From Octopus vulgaris (Eukaryota): a stretch of 64,000 bases of DNA. Shown in pieces: positions 49,701-64,000 of the stretch. Under the pieces are notes generated by a model that did no database searches, was not told where the DNA came from, and saw nothing but the letters and a program-made list of their open reading frames with translations. How positions within the stretch are numbered: the stretch's first letter is position 1; each line of letters starts with the position of its first letter. The translations under genes and the position numbers were made by a program. The stretch covers positions 117,242,001-117,306,000 of the forward strand of contig OX597816.1 of the NCBI GenBank assembly GCA_951406725.2, in the 5' to 3' direction.

Positions 49701-52700
49701 TTTGCGGCTTTTGTACAATATCCTATCCGCTAAGTTGCCTATTCGCTCAGATTATTTAATCTTATTAGATTAAATGAAAAGTCTTATTCTAATATGTCAA
49801 GTTGTAGTTATCTCCCTTGGAATAACAAATTGCAGCGAAAGTTTGACGTAGTTATTGATTCAGCAGGGGAAATATTTATTGCCCACATCATGTCAAAATT
49901 GATGAGGTCTCTAATCATTTACTACCTCTGATTATATTTATCTGGAACAAGCAAGAGTTTGAATTTTGTTTTTGTATGATTTTATAGATACAGTTTTGGG
50001 GTTATATATTTTACCTTTTATTCGTTCAGTCATTAGGCTGCAGCCATGCCAGGGCACCACCTAGAAATTTTAGTCGAAGGAATCAACTTCTTTTTTAAGT
50101 CTGGTACTTATTTTATCAGTCTCTTTTGCCAAACCGCTAAGTTATGGGGGGCCCCAAAAAGACCAACACCAGTTGTCAAGCAGTCATGGGGGCTTAAACA
50201 CACTCATATACTTATGTATGTGACAGGCTTCTTTCAGTTTGTCTACCAAATCCATTCACAAGGCTTTGGCTAGCCAAAAGTTGTAAGTGGAACGATGCCA
50301 CACAGTGGGACTGAACCCAGAACCATGTGATTGGGAAGCAAATTTTACCACACGGCCATGCCTAATATATATTTATTAGTTATGGGGTTTTGAAAGGACA
50401 GTGAAATGGAGTTGGAGTATTGAATGAAGGTATAAATCGTTATAATGTAATGACTATTGTGGTTAGGGCTTAATAAAAACTCAGCCATGTTTAGAATTTC
50501 TAACTTAGAGGTTTCACTTGTTCAATCATCTGAACTGCCTGCTCAATGAATTTATGTACAAATAGCTGACTATTCCACAGACATAATCCTCAATTGGATT
50601 CAATGTGACACAGCTGGACTGAATTACAGGTAAAATACATCCAAAGACAGCCATACAGTTTCCGTCTACCCAATATCATTCACTAAGTTTGGGTTGAACA
50701 GTAGATATGGTAAGACACTTGCCTAAAATTTGCTGTAGTGATCTTGAAACTGGGACTTCATGATTGCAAAACAAAGTTGTTAACCATTTGGCCATGATGC
50801 CTGTATATTAGGAACTTTAATGATGATTTAAGGTTGCATTGAACAGATCCATGACTATTAATAGTTGGGATCAACTTTTTTTTTTTTTTGCTTATGAAAT
50901 CTTTTTAGTCTGAGTTGGGAAAGCAATTCTTATAATTTTTACAGGTCCTTCTAGATTGAAAGATAAACACGGCTGGAGTTCTTAACCCTTTAGTATCAGA
51001 ATTATAGGTGTTTTTCTTTTTCTCTCTTTTTTTTTTAAATACCCACTGTTCTAACAATAGTGTTGGTAAAATCTACTCAGCAATACAAGCAGTTGTTTGG
51101 CTTGCAAAATGGATATCTTGAAATAAGGTAATAGTGACAGTCCCATATTGTTGCCCAAGATAAATTGTCATAAACATTTATTGACTTCGTGAACGAGATT
51201 TTTTTTTTCTAAATTAAAGTACTAAATCTTGTAAAATGGTTCAACAAGCTAAATGTGAGATTCTTAAGACTTATGTCCATAACATAATGTGAGATTCTTA
51301 AGACTTGAGTCCATAACAGTTAATCTAAGAGCTATTACAAATGTATCCTAGACTACACTTAGGCAAAAATTGTCCACCCTTGTGATTTTATCTTTAAAAT
51401 GTGACATTGTTGCAGATTTTACTGTCACTACCAAAGAATTTTTTTTTATTTTTGCTTATAAGCTTCTGTTTTATTTTTTTATTTCAAAGTGAATAAAGAA
51501 TGCAATTTATTTTCTTACTAGGTGGAAGATCGCCGAATTTCTGTTGAAAAAACATTAATGGCTCTACAAGAAAATTACCAAGTCTTGAAAGAGAAACATA
51601 ATTTGGAAAAGCAACAAAATTATAAACTCAAAGTATGGAATAATATTTTCATATTTTATGTTTAAGCAGAGCAGAATGTTTACCTGTTCTTTAACAACAG
51701 TGTAGGACAAACACCTTTCTTTGTATTTAAAACATTCCCAATATACTATAACTGTTCGATTGGGCATTCTGAATGTTTTCAGTACCATCTAGCAACTCAT
51801 TGAAACTTACAAATTAAGTATAAAAATTACTTTTTAAAAAGTAAACAATTTGTATGTTTTACACAGTCAGTCCTAATGCATTTCATATTTATATTAACTA
51901 TTTTTGGAGTGTTGGTTTTCATAATTTCCTCGTTCTTACCAACAGATGCAAAATATGTCGTATCAAATGGACTCCAGCAAAGAAAATGAAACTGGACTGG
52001 AGTATCTCGATTACAAGTTATCACAATCACAGTATGAGATTAAACAGTTGCAAGAAAAAATTAAACACATGGAAAAGCATGAGGTAAGTTTAAGGCTAAA
52101 GATTTCTTGAATCTATTCATGGAAACTTTCTTATACCATAGTCATCCTCATTTAACGTCCCTTTTTCCATGCTGGTATGGGTTAGATAATTCGGCATGAA
52201 CAAACTAGGCAGAGGGCTGTGCCTGGTTGTAATGTCTGCTTTGGCATGGTTTCTGCAGCTTGATACCACCTACTTCACAGTGTACTTAGTGATTTTTACA
52301 TGACACCAACACTGAAAATATATAAGTGGGCATTATTTAAATTAAATATTTGAGATCATGGAGCATTAAAATTTTGTATTTCTAATATCTACTTAAGTTA
52401 GATAAACTAGATGACACGTTTTAATTTATGACCAAGTTCTTAGTATTATTATGTTCATCTTCGAGGATTTAAGCTGGCAGATGCCAGGCTGATTAGTTAA
52501 AATATGACAATTCACTTTACCTCATAAGAGGTTTAAAGTCTCTCAGTTCACTTAATTGCAAATATGTTGCATAGTTAGGTAGAACTCACTGCTGTAAGCA
52601 GTAGGGTTCAATTTTTTTTTTTTTTTTTTTGTTTTATAGCTTAAGGACAAATGAGTAATGTTCAGTCTTTGCAACAACTGCAACTCATCAAGTACAGTCC

Positions 52701-54639
52701 ATCTGATGAACTTCTATACAATTTCCACTATATGACTTGGGTTGACTTGAATTGTGATAGAAGGTTACTTACCCAAAGTACCACTTCAGACTAGTAACCG
52801 TGTGATTACTCAAGTACTTGACCATTCAGCCATGCTTGCACCCACCAGTGCCACATGCTGAAGAGTTTTATTAATATTTATTAATTAGCTTTTTAGTTCA
52901 CTTGAAATTATAGCTAGATAAAGAGTCTCCACCAGATGTATTACATGAAAGTTTTGTCATTAATGGCATTCTTAGATTCTTCAGAGTACCTGACTGCTTC
53001 AATAATTTACACACATTTAAGAAATTAACAATGGAAATCATCATAATGAAGAAAATTATACTTTATCCAGTAATTCGGTTTTAATAAAACTGAATAATGA
53101 AATGAAATATTGACAAACAGCTTTCAAGCAATCCTGAGTGAGGGTATTTGAAGTTAACTATGACACCTTATTGCTATGCAAATTTTTAATGAGTTGTCTT
53201 TCATGTATTGATGAATATCTTGTAAATGAACTGTTATTTCTATGTTTTGGGAAACATCTGGATGTTTATCTTTACTTTTTAGTCACAACAGATTGACCAA
53301 CTGACAGATATTCAAAAGACATTTGGAACCAATGAAAATCAAGGCTTAATCGACTTTTTGAAGCTTTTAAATGATAAAAAACAGTAAGTTGTCTTATGTC
53401 TATGCTTCCATTGTTGTATGCAATAAACAGGTCTGCTAAACTGCTGTTCTAATTTCCATGGTCATTGTATTTGTTAATTATAAACATAGAACAATTTCTG
53501 CCAATCCTCAGTCTAGTTTTTATAATCATGTATTTTATATACATGTTTACATGAATACTAAAATTATGTAATTTAATCGCATTATTTATGTTGTTAGGCA
53601 CAACTTGTATCTGCAAATATCTCTTACAGGAATGACTTACAGGTTACTCAAGAAAAACTAAACAATCTACAAATGCAGTATTTCCAAGAATCAGATAAAG
53701 TCGTTGACTATATCAAGAAATTACGCCTGGCTGAAGAGCAGATAAAGGCTTTACGTTACAGAAACATGAAGTTGAAGTTACAAATTGATGAACTTATCTC
53801 AAAATATAAACCAGGTATTTGAATTTTGTATTTTGTTGGTGGGAGGGTGCTATCTCAATTTATACAGTGCAAAGCTTTATAAGTCATGAAATGCTCCATG
53901 TCCTAGAGTAATATAGTATTACACTATGCTTATTGTTTCGATTTACCTTTTCCATTTTTTTACCAATTTTATCTCTAATGTTATAATTATTATTATTCAT
54001 TGAATTTAATTTCAAAATACTTTTCTTTAACCAGTGCCAAACCTATAAAAGTTGGAAGAGGTTTCCTTTTCCTGCTTTGACAGATACAACTGCTTGTTGT
54101 ATATATAACCAGTTTGGCAATAGCCATGACTCTATTGTATTGATTCAGTTACAAAGACCTTTTCAAACTCTTATAAATTTTAGAATTAATTTTAAGGTAT
54201 GATTTCCTTTTCATTAACAGATGAAATTGGTAATGTTAGAAATGACCGGAAAACTAGAACTGAAAAGATCCCATTAAGTTCTTCAGAGAATTTTCCTGAA
54301 AAATTGAAATCTCAAAAAGAACCTAGCAAACCGGAACAAAAGCTCCCTGCTCAAAACCAATCGATGACCCACCGAAGAAAATTAGAGCTTGCTCGTTATG
54401 GTCTTATCAATCCACTTGATGTACTTGATGGGTCTCCAAAAGCAAAGAAAACAGTCAGCATGTCTCATGATGTAGAAATAATTGACCAGAATGTAAATAA
54501 GGAACAGAAACTTGCCTCAACACCCTCAGCTGTTTCCCAACAAACAAAGAGGAAATCTAAAGGCAAACTTATTCCTCGCAAAATTATTGAAGTAAAAGCT
54601 CCACCTGATACTAATGGAGTGGAATGTGCACAGCAATAG
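37388..54639 (+). CDS. SPDL1: Protein Spindly (kinetochore dynein adaptor), 10 coding exons, ~952 aa
   Basis: join(37388-38686,41656-41817,44361-44555,45284-45433,45927-46025,51522-51632,51946-52083,53283-53383,53630-53814,54221-54639). All introns are GT-AG and phases are consistent. CC1-box-like HAVNFGKQLLE, Spindly motif RGNSLFSE|VEDRR, MKLKLQIDEL..KY.P, C-terminal CAQQ. Confidence 0.9.
38020..38287 (+). repeat. Coding 45-bp/90-bp minisatellite (S[PS]TEID[LI]DVD[RM]IKT[ER])
   Basis: About 6 units visible in both DNA and protein. Confidence 0.9.
39444..39674. repeat. Long near-perfect inverted repeat (105-bp arms, 21-nt loop)
   Basis: 39444-39548 versus 39570-39674. One mismatch seen. Confidence 0.92.
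39714..39966. repeat. Element bounded by 37-bp perfect inverted repeats
   Basis: tacaaaaatgggacaagaacgcaaaacatccagacag and its reverse complement at 39930-39966. Confidence 0.8.
40056..40254. mobile_element. Tc1/mariner-like MITE
   Basis: TIRs aggggggtgctgaaaagttcctggcttt / aaagctaggaacttttcaccaccccct. TA on the right flank. Confidence 0.7.
41656..41817 (+). CDS. SPDL1: Spindly coding exon 2
   Basis: tgcag|ELKNEIHSTKLKLE...ATLKRE|gtaagt. Confidence 0.85.
43910..44250 (+). mobile_element. Degenerate tRNA-head SINE
   Basis: Diverged copy of the 23045 family. Similar remnants at 40445-40590, 50655-50795 and 52695-52835. Confidence 0.55.
44361..44555 (+). CDS. SPDL1: Spindly coding exon 3
   Basis: gcag|LRNKDDLLEQ...ELQTEC|gtaagt. 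Confidence 0.8.
44668..44890 (+). mobile_element. SINE with RTE-like tail ending in (GAT)n
   Basis: ggagtggttggcgttaggaagggcatccagctgtagaaac. Same family as 3206. Confidence 0.75.
45284..45433 (+). CDS. SPDL1: Spindly coding exon 4
   Basis: tacag|TNLKIK...YQKTLE|gtatgc. Confidence 0.85.
45575..45776. mobile_element. piggyBac-type MITE (202 bp)
   Basis: TTAA|CCCTGTAGCATT ... AATGCTAAAGGG|TTAA. Confidence 0.8.
45927..46025 (+). CDS. SPDL1: Spindly coding exon 5 (start of Spindly motif)
   Basis: gtag|VSQREILDLKAQL...DRGNSLFSE|gtaact. Confidence 0.9.
47377..47560 (-). mobile_element. Degenerate SINE (RTE-like tail)
   Basis: catcatcatttaacatccg...gcccttcctaatgccaaccac. Another remnant at 52140-52310. 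Confidence 0.6.
48140..49430 (-). mobile_element. RTE-clade LINE fragments (48140-48350 C-terminal; 48900-49430 linker region)
   Basis: Reverse-strand similarity to 29640-30200 (WEKEGLPNMDPTEG) and to 5800-5910 (GR.RSTKMWDEVVK.D). Confidence 0.6.
50010..50362 (-). mobile_element. tRNA-head SINE, diverged
   Basis: Same family as 23961-24339. Confidence 0.7.
51522..51632 (+). CDS. SPDL1: Spindly coding exon 6
   Basis: ctag|VEDRRISVEKTL...NYKLK|gtatgg. Confidence 0.9.
51946..52083 (+). CDS. SPDL1: Spindly coding exon 7
   Basis: aacag|MQNMSYQ...HMEKHE|gtaagt. Confidence 0.85.
53283..53383 (+). CDS. SPDL1: Spindly coding exon 8
   Basis: tttag|SQQIDQL...LIDFLKLLNDKK|gtaagt, phase 2. Confidence 0.8.
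53630..53814 (+). CDS. SPDL1: Spindly coding exon 9
   Basis: tacag|NDLQVTQEKL...MKLKLQIDELISKYKP|gtattt. Confidence 0.88.
54221..54639 (+). CDS. SPDL1: Spindly last coding exon with CaaX (CAQQ)
   Basis: aacag|...ECAQQ-TAG. AATAAA near 54726 and 54896. Confidence 0.88.
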
Positions 54640-55831
54640 AATAATGTAATATATAATGAAACATTTCTTTGAAGAAATTGTATATTAAAAACTATATTCA
54701 CGATTTTAATTTTTGGTTTGCCAATAATAAAAAGTTACACTAATGTGTCAAAACGGAGCATAACCATTTTGTCTGATAAAAAGATGTTGCCAATCACTTC
54801 GAATTGTTGATAACTATTATTGATTTGGTATCATTATGAAGTTGCACAAGTGCTTTTTGTAAATTAAATGTAGGTTTATAAAATCGATTTTACATAATAA
54901 ATTTAAATTACCAGGAATGTTGCTTGTTTGTTTGTTTGTTGAAGACAGGTTCAAGAGATGCAGTTGATATTCATATCATAAATGGGTGAGATTAGAATGG
55001 TTAATGCTTGATTTAGTCCACGATAATGTATATTCAATTTAATCCATTTGAATTCAATTTTTGCCTGAACTCGATAAAATTTTCATAAAATTGGTGCTTG
55101 CAAGACATTTAAAATTTTATAGATAAACCATCTTAGGTAGATTGGTATCAAAAGGATAAGCATGACATCTTGTAATTAACATGCATGTAAAAAGATTTTT
55201 GTGCAAACTAGCCATCAGGATTATACAGGGTGTTAAGTGTTTGGACAAAGAAAAGCTGAATGATTTAGTATTTTAAAATCTACAAAAGGGTCTGACTGAA
55301 TTGCAAATGCAGAGTATACTTCAAAGATGGTTGGGTGGGTGTAAATATGAAATGATCATGTTTTCCTAAAATTATAAAGAATGTCAAGTTCATATTCATA
55401 ACCTGGGATCATCCCTAATTATGGATTAAATGACACATTGTCTACCATAACCAGCTTAGAACAATGCATATTTTACATTAATCTATAATCTTTTTGTTAC
55501 CATATATTGAAAGGTTTTAGTTTAAACCCCAGAATTTGTATCAAATCATTGGAAAAAGAATAATCGGTTAAATACGGTTGGACATAATCTGAGGATTTGG
55601 TTGCAAATTCTAACTGGCAAAGTAGTTCGTTACCCATCTAAAGTAATAACACTTCCACAAATTCTTTAAAATGAAAGCAACTTTAGGCTAGTCTGGTGGG
55701 GTATCAATTGTTTATTACAAATTTTGTCAAACCTTCAGTCACTAAATACTATAGCCTGCTATTTGAATTTACCAATATGACAGGTTATGCAAATGGTTTA
55801 AAACCATCCCAAGTCAAAAAAATTGAAATAT

Positions 55832-56175
55832 AGGCACAGGAGTGGCTGTGGTAAGTAGCTTGCTTACCAACATGGTTCCAGGTTCATTCCCACTACATGG
55901 CACCTTTGGCAAGTGTCTACTATAGCCTTGGGCTGACGAAAGCCCTGAGTGAATTTGACAAACAGAAACTGAAAGAAGCCTGTTGTATATGTGTGTATAT
56001 TTTTGTCTCCCCAGCATTGCTTGACAACCAATGGTGTTTACTTCCCCTAACTTGGCAGTTCAGCAAGAGAGAATAAGTACTAGGCTTCCAAAGAATAAGT
56101 CCCGTGGTCAATTTACTGAACTAAAGGTGGTGCTCCAGCATGACCAGTCAAATGACTGAAACAAAAGAGTAGAGT
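55832..56175 (+). mobile_element. tRNA-head SINE
   Basis: Same family as 23045. Confidence 0.8.
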
Positions 56176-56789
56176 ATAGTATACACCGATTTTCTAGCAT
56201 CTCATTCCAGTCCTGGCAATTTTCAACTACCAAACCTTCACAACACATTCAGTATTAAAGCTGGAAACTTTCTGTAGATACAATTGTAGCAATATGCAGG
56301 AAAAAAATGTTGAAAACTAGCTTAAGTAACACCTAACGATCCTTTCTTTGATAAGAAGAATCAGAAAATCTGCTTGAAGATAAGCTTCAAGATAGGCAAC
56401 TAGGAGGTTGGCATGTCTTCAAATTTTAATTGAATGTTTAACACTGAAAAAACATGTGTGACAAAGAATAAAAATGGCACAAGTTAATAAAATCAAGTAA
56501 TTTGCTTAACCAACAGCTTTCAGCTAGAATATATTAAATGAAATTAAAATCAATTTCCTTCTGCCACTTAGACTACACACAGATTAGGGGTGCTAGACTA
56601 CACACAGATTAGGGGTGCTTGAGTAGATATTAGATGTCAACTATTGATGCTTAAAACGAGTCAAGTCTGAGGAAAAACTGCTGCTTTAAGTGCTTGCCAA
56701 GCCTGCCTTGTATATTTATGCTAATGCTTCAGATACTAAAACAGTCAATATACTGCAACATTCATCTATTAAAACAGTTATTTACAGAA

Positions 56790-57125
56790 TAATAATAATA
56801 ATGAAATTATTGTATAGTGCTCAGGTGCACCACAACTTGTCAGAAAGTGCATATAAAGTACATGCAGTAATGTAGAAATGTCTGGAAAGTGAACATACTT
56901 GTGTGTGAATGGAGGGGAGAAAAATCAAGTGTAGTGTTGGCGAATCTCAGGAAGCATGGAAGTCTAGAAGGATGCAGTGCTCCGACAACTAACAACCGAT
57001 GCCGGCAGTTTGTTCCACGCTTCAGCAACTCTCAGCGTGAAAAAATGTTTCCTGAAGTCATGGGAGCTGTGCTGTTTTCTTACTTTGTAAATATGTCCAC
57101 AGGTGTTAGATGGGTGGAGTTTGAA
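56790..57125 (-). mobile_element. CR1/L2-like LINE 3' end with (ATT)n tail
   Basis: Minus translation FRKHFFTLRVAEAWNKLPASVV. Confidence 0.7.
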
Positions 57126-57879
57126 GCACCTAGAAGTAAACTGTTGACCTTCCTATAAAAGGAAATACTATACACGCTAGCACACTATGTAATAGCAACA
57201 TGTCCTAATACACACTTCCCAACTTTAACTACTTTTAGGGCAAATTTGAACACCCATAAATTAGACAAGAGTTGATACCTTTTAAGATTTTCAAAATGCA
57301 GCCCAGAGTTATTTGTACTAGAATTGATTGCTTTGGTGCCATTCCAAGTCCTAGTAAAGAGTACTCATTTAAAGACCAAGTTTTACTCTTGTAAGAAATA
57401 TCCAATTCAAAAGTAAAAGTTACAAATAGATTTTACTTAAGTTTTTCAGAGAGAAGAGTCAAATCATATGCAGATGAACTGCTTTAATGGCTTATTTTAT
57501 AATCCTCAGTCAGTATTGTTTGCATTGTGCTCCATTGCTAATACAGACACCAAGATTTTCTTTAATATAGAAAAATTTTATTAGCACTTACTTGAAGTGC
57601 TGAAAAGATTCGATTCCCTTATCTACCAGGTCTGAACTTCAAAACATTACGAAGTACTGTTTTAGTTAAGTACAGAGCAATATATAAATTACCAAACATC
57701 TTTCCTGGAAAATATAACTAGATAAACCACAGAAGCTACAGCAGCTGAAAGTGGTGTTCAGTCTTAAGTTTACCATGCAAATTATAAATTTACAATAATG
57801 CTACAAAGTTGACTACAATTTCCAGTATATGACAGATGAAACTAGGTTTGTGGTTGGCTTCGACTGAAGTGCTGGCTCT

Positions 57880-58061
57880 GAGTACAAATGTCTTGTTTTC
57901 ATAAGTTTTGAATTAAAATATTCCACCAAACCTTAGTCGCAATTTGTTCCTAACATTAGCTTAATGATAACTAAGCTATTTTACTAAATTCTTTGTTATA
58001 GTTAAAGTAATTGAAAGAAACACAGAGCATCACAAAATAAATACAGTAACAAAAGGGTTAA
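57880..58061. mobile_element. Probable piggyBac-type MITE end
   Basis: Ends aaatacagtaacaaaaGGG|TTAA. Matching left end not found. Confidence 0.35.
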
Positions 58062-59462
58062 TCACGTCAATTGTCGAAATATTTGTTCTCATAGCATTTA
58101 CTCATCTAAGTATTTTTCTAATTAGGTCTTATTTGGAATGAGCCGCAAGGTTCTAAAAAATGTACTGCACAACATAGCTGAATAGTGCTTAGAGATGGTG
58201 AGGATACTGAGCATGTAAATACCTAAAAGGTTTATCAAATCCTCTCAGTTACTCAAACACCTGCCTGTGGCAATAAAAAATGGCATTTAAAACAAAAGGC
58301 CTTGACTCCTTTATAGTTCTTAAAATAAGACTTAAAACACACCTTACACATCCTTTCAACAGAAACTAAGTTGTATAGTACGAACCTTAAACATTAAAAG
58401 CAGTTATGTGACATGCGGCATTACCCACTCTACGTTGGATGTCTAAAGAAATTTTGCAGCCATTTTATCAAAACAGCATGGATAAAAATTGTAAATTTTA
58501 GATGCTTTCCAGATGACTGAGCCAAGCAGAATATGCTAAAATGTTTAATTTACTTTAGCATATTTAAAGCTAATGGCATTATTTTCAGATTAATGAAATT
58601 GAAAACCAAACAACCAAATTAATTATTATGCATTTATTTTTAGCAGGAATAGCTATTTGCCATAATTCAAAGCAACAAGTGCAAAAAGCTTAAATCCATT
58701 TTAGTACTAAATACTCAAATTAGCAATATAACAATTTTGCAGAGAAACTGAAGCCAATAATTTGAGGAATAAAGGGAACAAAGAAACTTGAATATGTAAA
58801 AACTGAAATGTGCTTGGTAGCTTACTTCTACACGAGCCATTTTAACAAAAAACATCAAGATATTAGAAGTTGAAACACTGAATATTTTGTCAATGAGATG
58901 TTAATTTACAAATCAAGTTAAAATGCAATGAATTGTAAAATAGCAGTTTCATAAGTCAAATAAAGCATTTCACAAATGCTTTTTATGCTTTATTTCACTG
59001 AAGAAAAAATAATGTACACAGTAGCAAAGATGTGTCTATACAACTGCATACATTTTACTTTATACTCAAGCTGCTACAAAGCAGCAATAAATCGAGTGAA
59101 AAAAACATTCAGAATTTAAACTCAACAACCTATGGTGCTTTATGGCTAAGATCAAAAAATGACATCCTTAAATTACTTCAGAACCTAAAAGCATTAAGAT
59201 TCAGAGAAATTCCAAGTTATGGATCAATAATTGTACTACCAATGCAAAAAGAAATCATTGATAAAACTAAAAAACTTAAAATTTTGAAGAAAAAAATAAA
59301 ACTTAATTCATGATATAGTTCAATTTTATTTAAGCAAACATTAGATTTGCACAAAATAGACCTAGTCTGTGGAAAATTTATATACAGAAAATCCACAGGT
59401 TAAAAGGATCAAATTTTTGTAAAGTCAAATGGGGGCTTTAGGCAAATAGGGAAATGATTCTT

Positions 59463-62171
<2,709 letters not shown>

Positions 62172-63976
62172 TTACAATGTATGCATTACAAAAAGAAAAA
62201 AAAAAAAAAAAATCGACATTTACATAAAAATTCATTATTCAAGATGGAAGGGCGTGGGGTGGAGCCTGCTTGAAAAACTAGAACGTATGATCTAATTTTA
62301 GTTTGTCTGCCAAGTTAGTAAATGTATCAAAGTCAGTCATTTATTTTAGCGGTAACAAATGTTTTCCGTAAACCATCTGCAGTTACCTAATGTACTGCCA
62401 TGACTTGCTCGTGGTTCAATATTTTTAATCCTTTGTTACTTTTAGTTGTGACGTAAAAACATTTAAGAAAAACGATAAGAATGCCGACCACTGATGTGTT
62501 GCTCCAAACATTAGCCTTAAAGATTACAAATCGACTAGATAATCTTAAAATAGGTGTTACTATTTTTAAGCTTTCGAAATTCAAGATTTACACCAAGTTT
62601 GTATGCTTTCAGTTTTGAACTAATTCTCGTACGGATAAATTATGGTAAATACCGGACAAACTAACAACTGCTAAGATTAAGACGTTTGGGTGGTTCAAAA
62701 ACAATACAAAATGATTTTCTAAACGCTTCAAATAATTTGGAAAAAATTTAATATTGTTTGATCCAATATAGTAGAGACTGCTGTAAAGATAAAACAATCT
62801 TGTAGTAACTCAGAAAATCTGCAGTCACTATTTACAACATTGGAACAAACGCTAACTTTAATATTTATACAATTACAGCTGTTATAAAAACATTCAAGTA
62901 TACCGATTCCGAGTACTATACAAAATATATTCGCGTTTTGTATTGTTTTATTACAGCCGTAATATAATGAAGAAGCGCCATTAAGTTTCTACACATTTCC
63001 ACAAAGATATCAAGCCACAATGAAGTGATCACAGAAAAATATTTAGGTTTGACCTTGCTGGTAGGTCACTTTAGAAACCCCAGCTGATTATCTTGTTAAA
63101 AAAGGTCGAGAGATTTTGCAGAAATCAAAATATTGTCATATGTCGCATTGTGTGTAATTAACAGCTGGAATATTGATAATATCTAAATGATTACATCGCC
63201 CAATACTCAGAAAATGGAAGCCATTGGACGATGAACTAGTTTCCGCTGTTCCAACTGTTGAATAAAAATATCAATATATGGACTTCAAAACCAGTAGTAG
63301 TAATTGTACTTAAGTGTGATAGGTGACATCATGGACTAGCTTTGCTGGCGTAGATTAAGACCAAGAAAACGATTCTAGTAGTTTCGTGTTTTAAACTTAA
63401 TCGTAAAAAGCACCGACTTGGCAAATAAAAGCAGGTCTACAAGGTTTCTTTCAATGGTGTAACTAAATGCTGGTTGCAAGGGGTAAAATGCCCGATAGGA
63501 CTATCACAACTTTTTTTCAACAGTTCTCGCAAGATTTTAAGCAAAGACAAATTGCTTGAAAATATTTTACGCCGTTGAAAATGTTAGCCGAAAATATATG
63601 CTAACTACGTAATCAAATAGAGTCAACTCTCACTAACAGCATCGCCATTTCTGACTTCTTTAATGAACACAAATTTAAGATTCTACATTGCTTTTAGTAG
63701 CTTACAATTTCAATATCAAATTTGTAGTTTAGACAAAAGCCAGAGTGACCAGATCAGTTATGAAAATAGTGTGACCATCCCGACTTTGTACAATAGTATC
63801 CTGGACCAAATTTTTTAATATGTCCTTTCTGCTACCAAGATAGAGGCTCCATAGTCAGTCAAGGAAAATGTTTTAAGATTTCAGAAACTAATACGTTGTT
63901 TTAGGTAATTAATTATGTTTCATAATAAAATCATAGGCTACCAGAGAAGCTTGAAATTGCAATACTTAATATGTCG

Positions 63977-63991
63977 CGAACATTCCAGAAT
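63977..63991. promoter_or_regulatory. Heat-shock element upstream of polyubiquitin
   Basis: cGAAcaTTCcaGAAt, a perfect 3-unit nGAAn array about 1.9 kb 5' of the ATG. Confidence 0.6.
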
Positions 63992-64000
63992 TTTTCTTTG

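Noticed and set aside
51253-51317. Local ~34-bp tandem duplication (similar ones at 4484-4528, 56568-56618, and 12-47/586-622)
   Set aside because: Ordinary slippage or repair duplications with no further structure.

Overview
Eukaryotic, AT-rich, repeat-dense genomic DNA. The SINE/LINE repertoire is most consistent with an octopus or other coleoid cephalopod (inference). There are two clear protein-coding genes, arranged convergently. (1) Spindly (+ strand) has 10 coding exons at 37388-54639 and is ~952 aa, with a CC1 box, the GNSLFSEVEDRR Spindly motif and a C-terminal CAQQ CaaX box. It also carries an unusual ~370-aa acidic N-terminal extension with 15-aa repeats. (2) A polyubiquitin gene (- strand) encodes 11 perfect units plus a 43-aa degenerate unit ending LRGG-F. 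Two head-to-tail Tx1/L1-type non-LTR retrotransposons (12815-21749) are separated and flanked by three copies of the same 16-bp target, beside an HSE+TATA+CCAAT promoter that faces left. A non-coding LTR-internal-LTR-internal-LTR tandem (30630-35499) has a tRNA-Trp PBS, a PPT, an ATAT TSD and a recombinant middle LTR. The rest is decayed LINE fragments (RTE, CR1-like, R4/Dong-like), SINEs, MITEs (hAT, piggyBac, mariner-like), long hairpins and microsatellites. Exon structures and repeat boundaries were read by eye and are not supported by transcript data.
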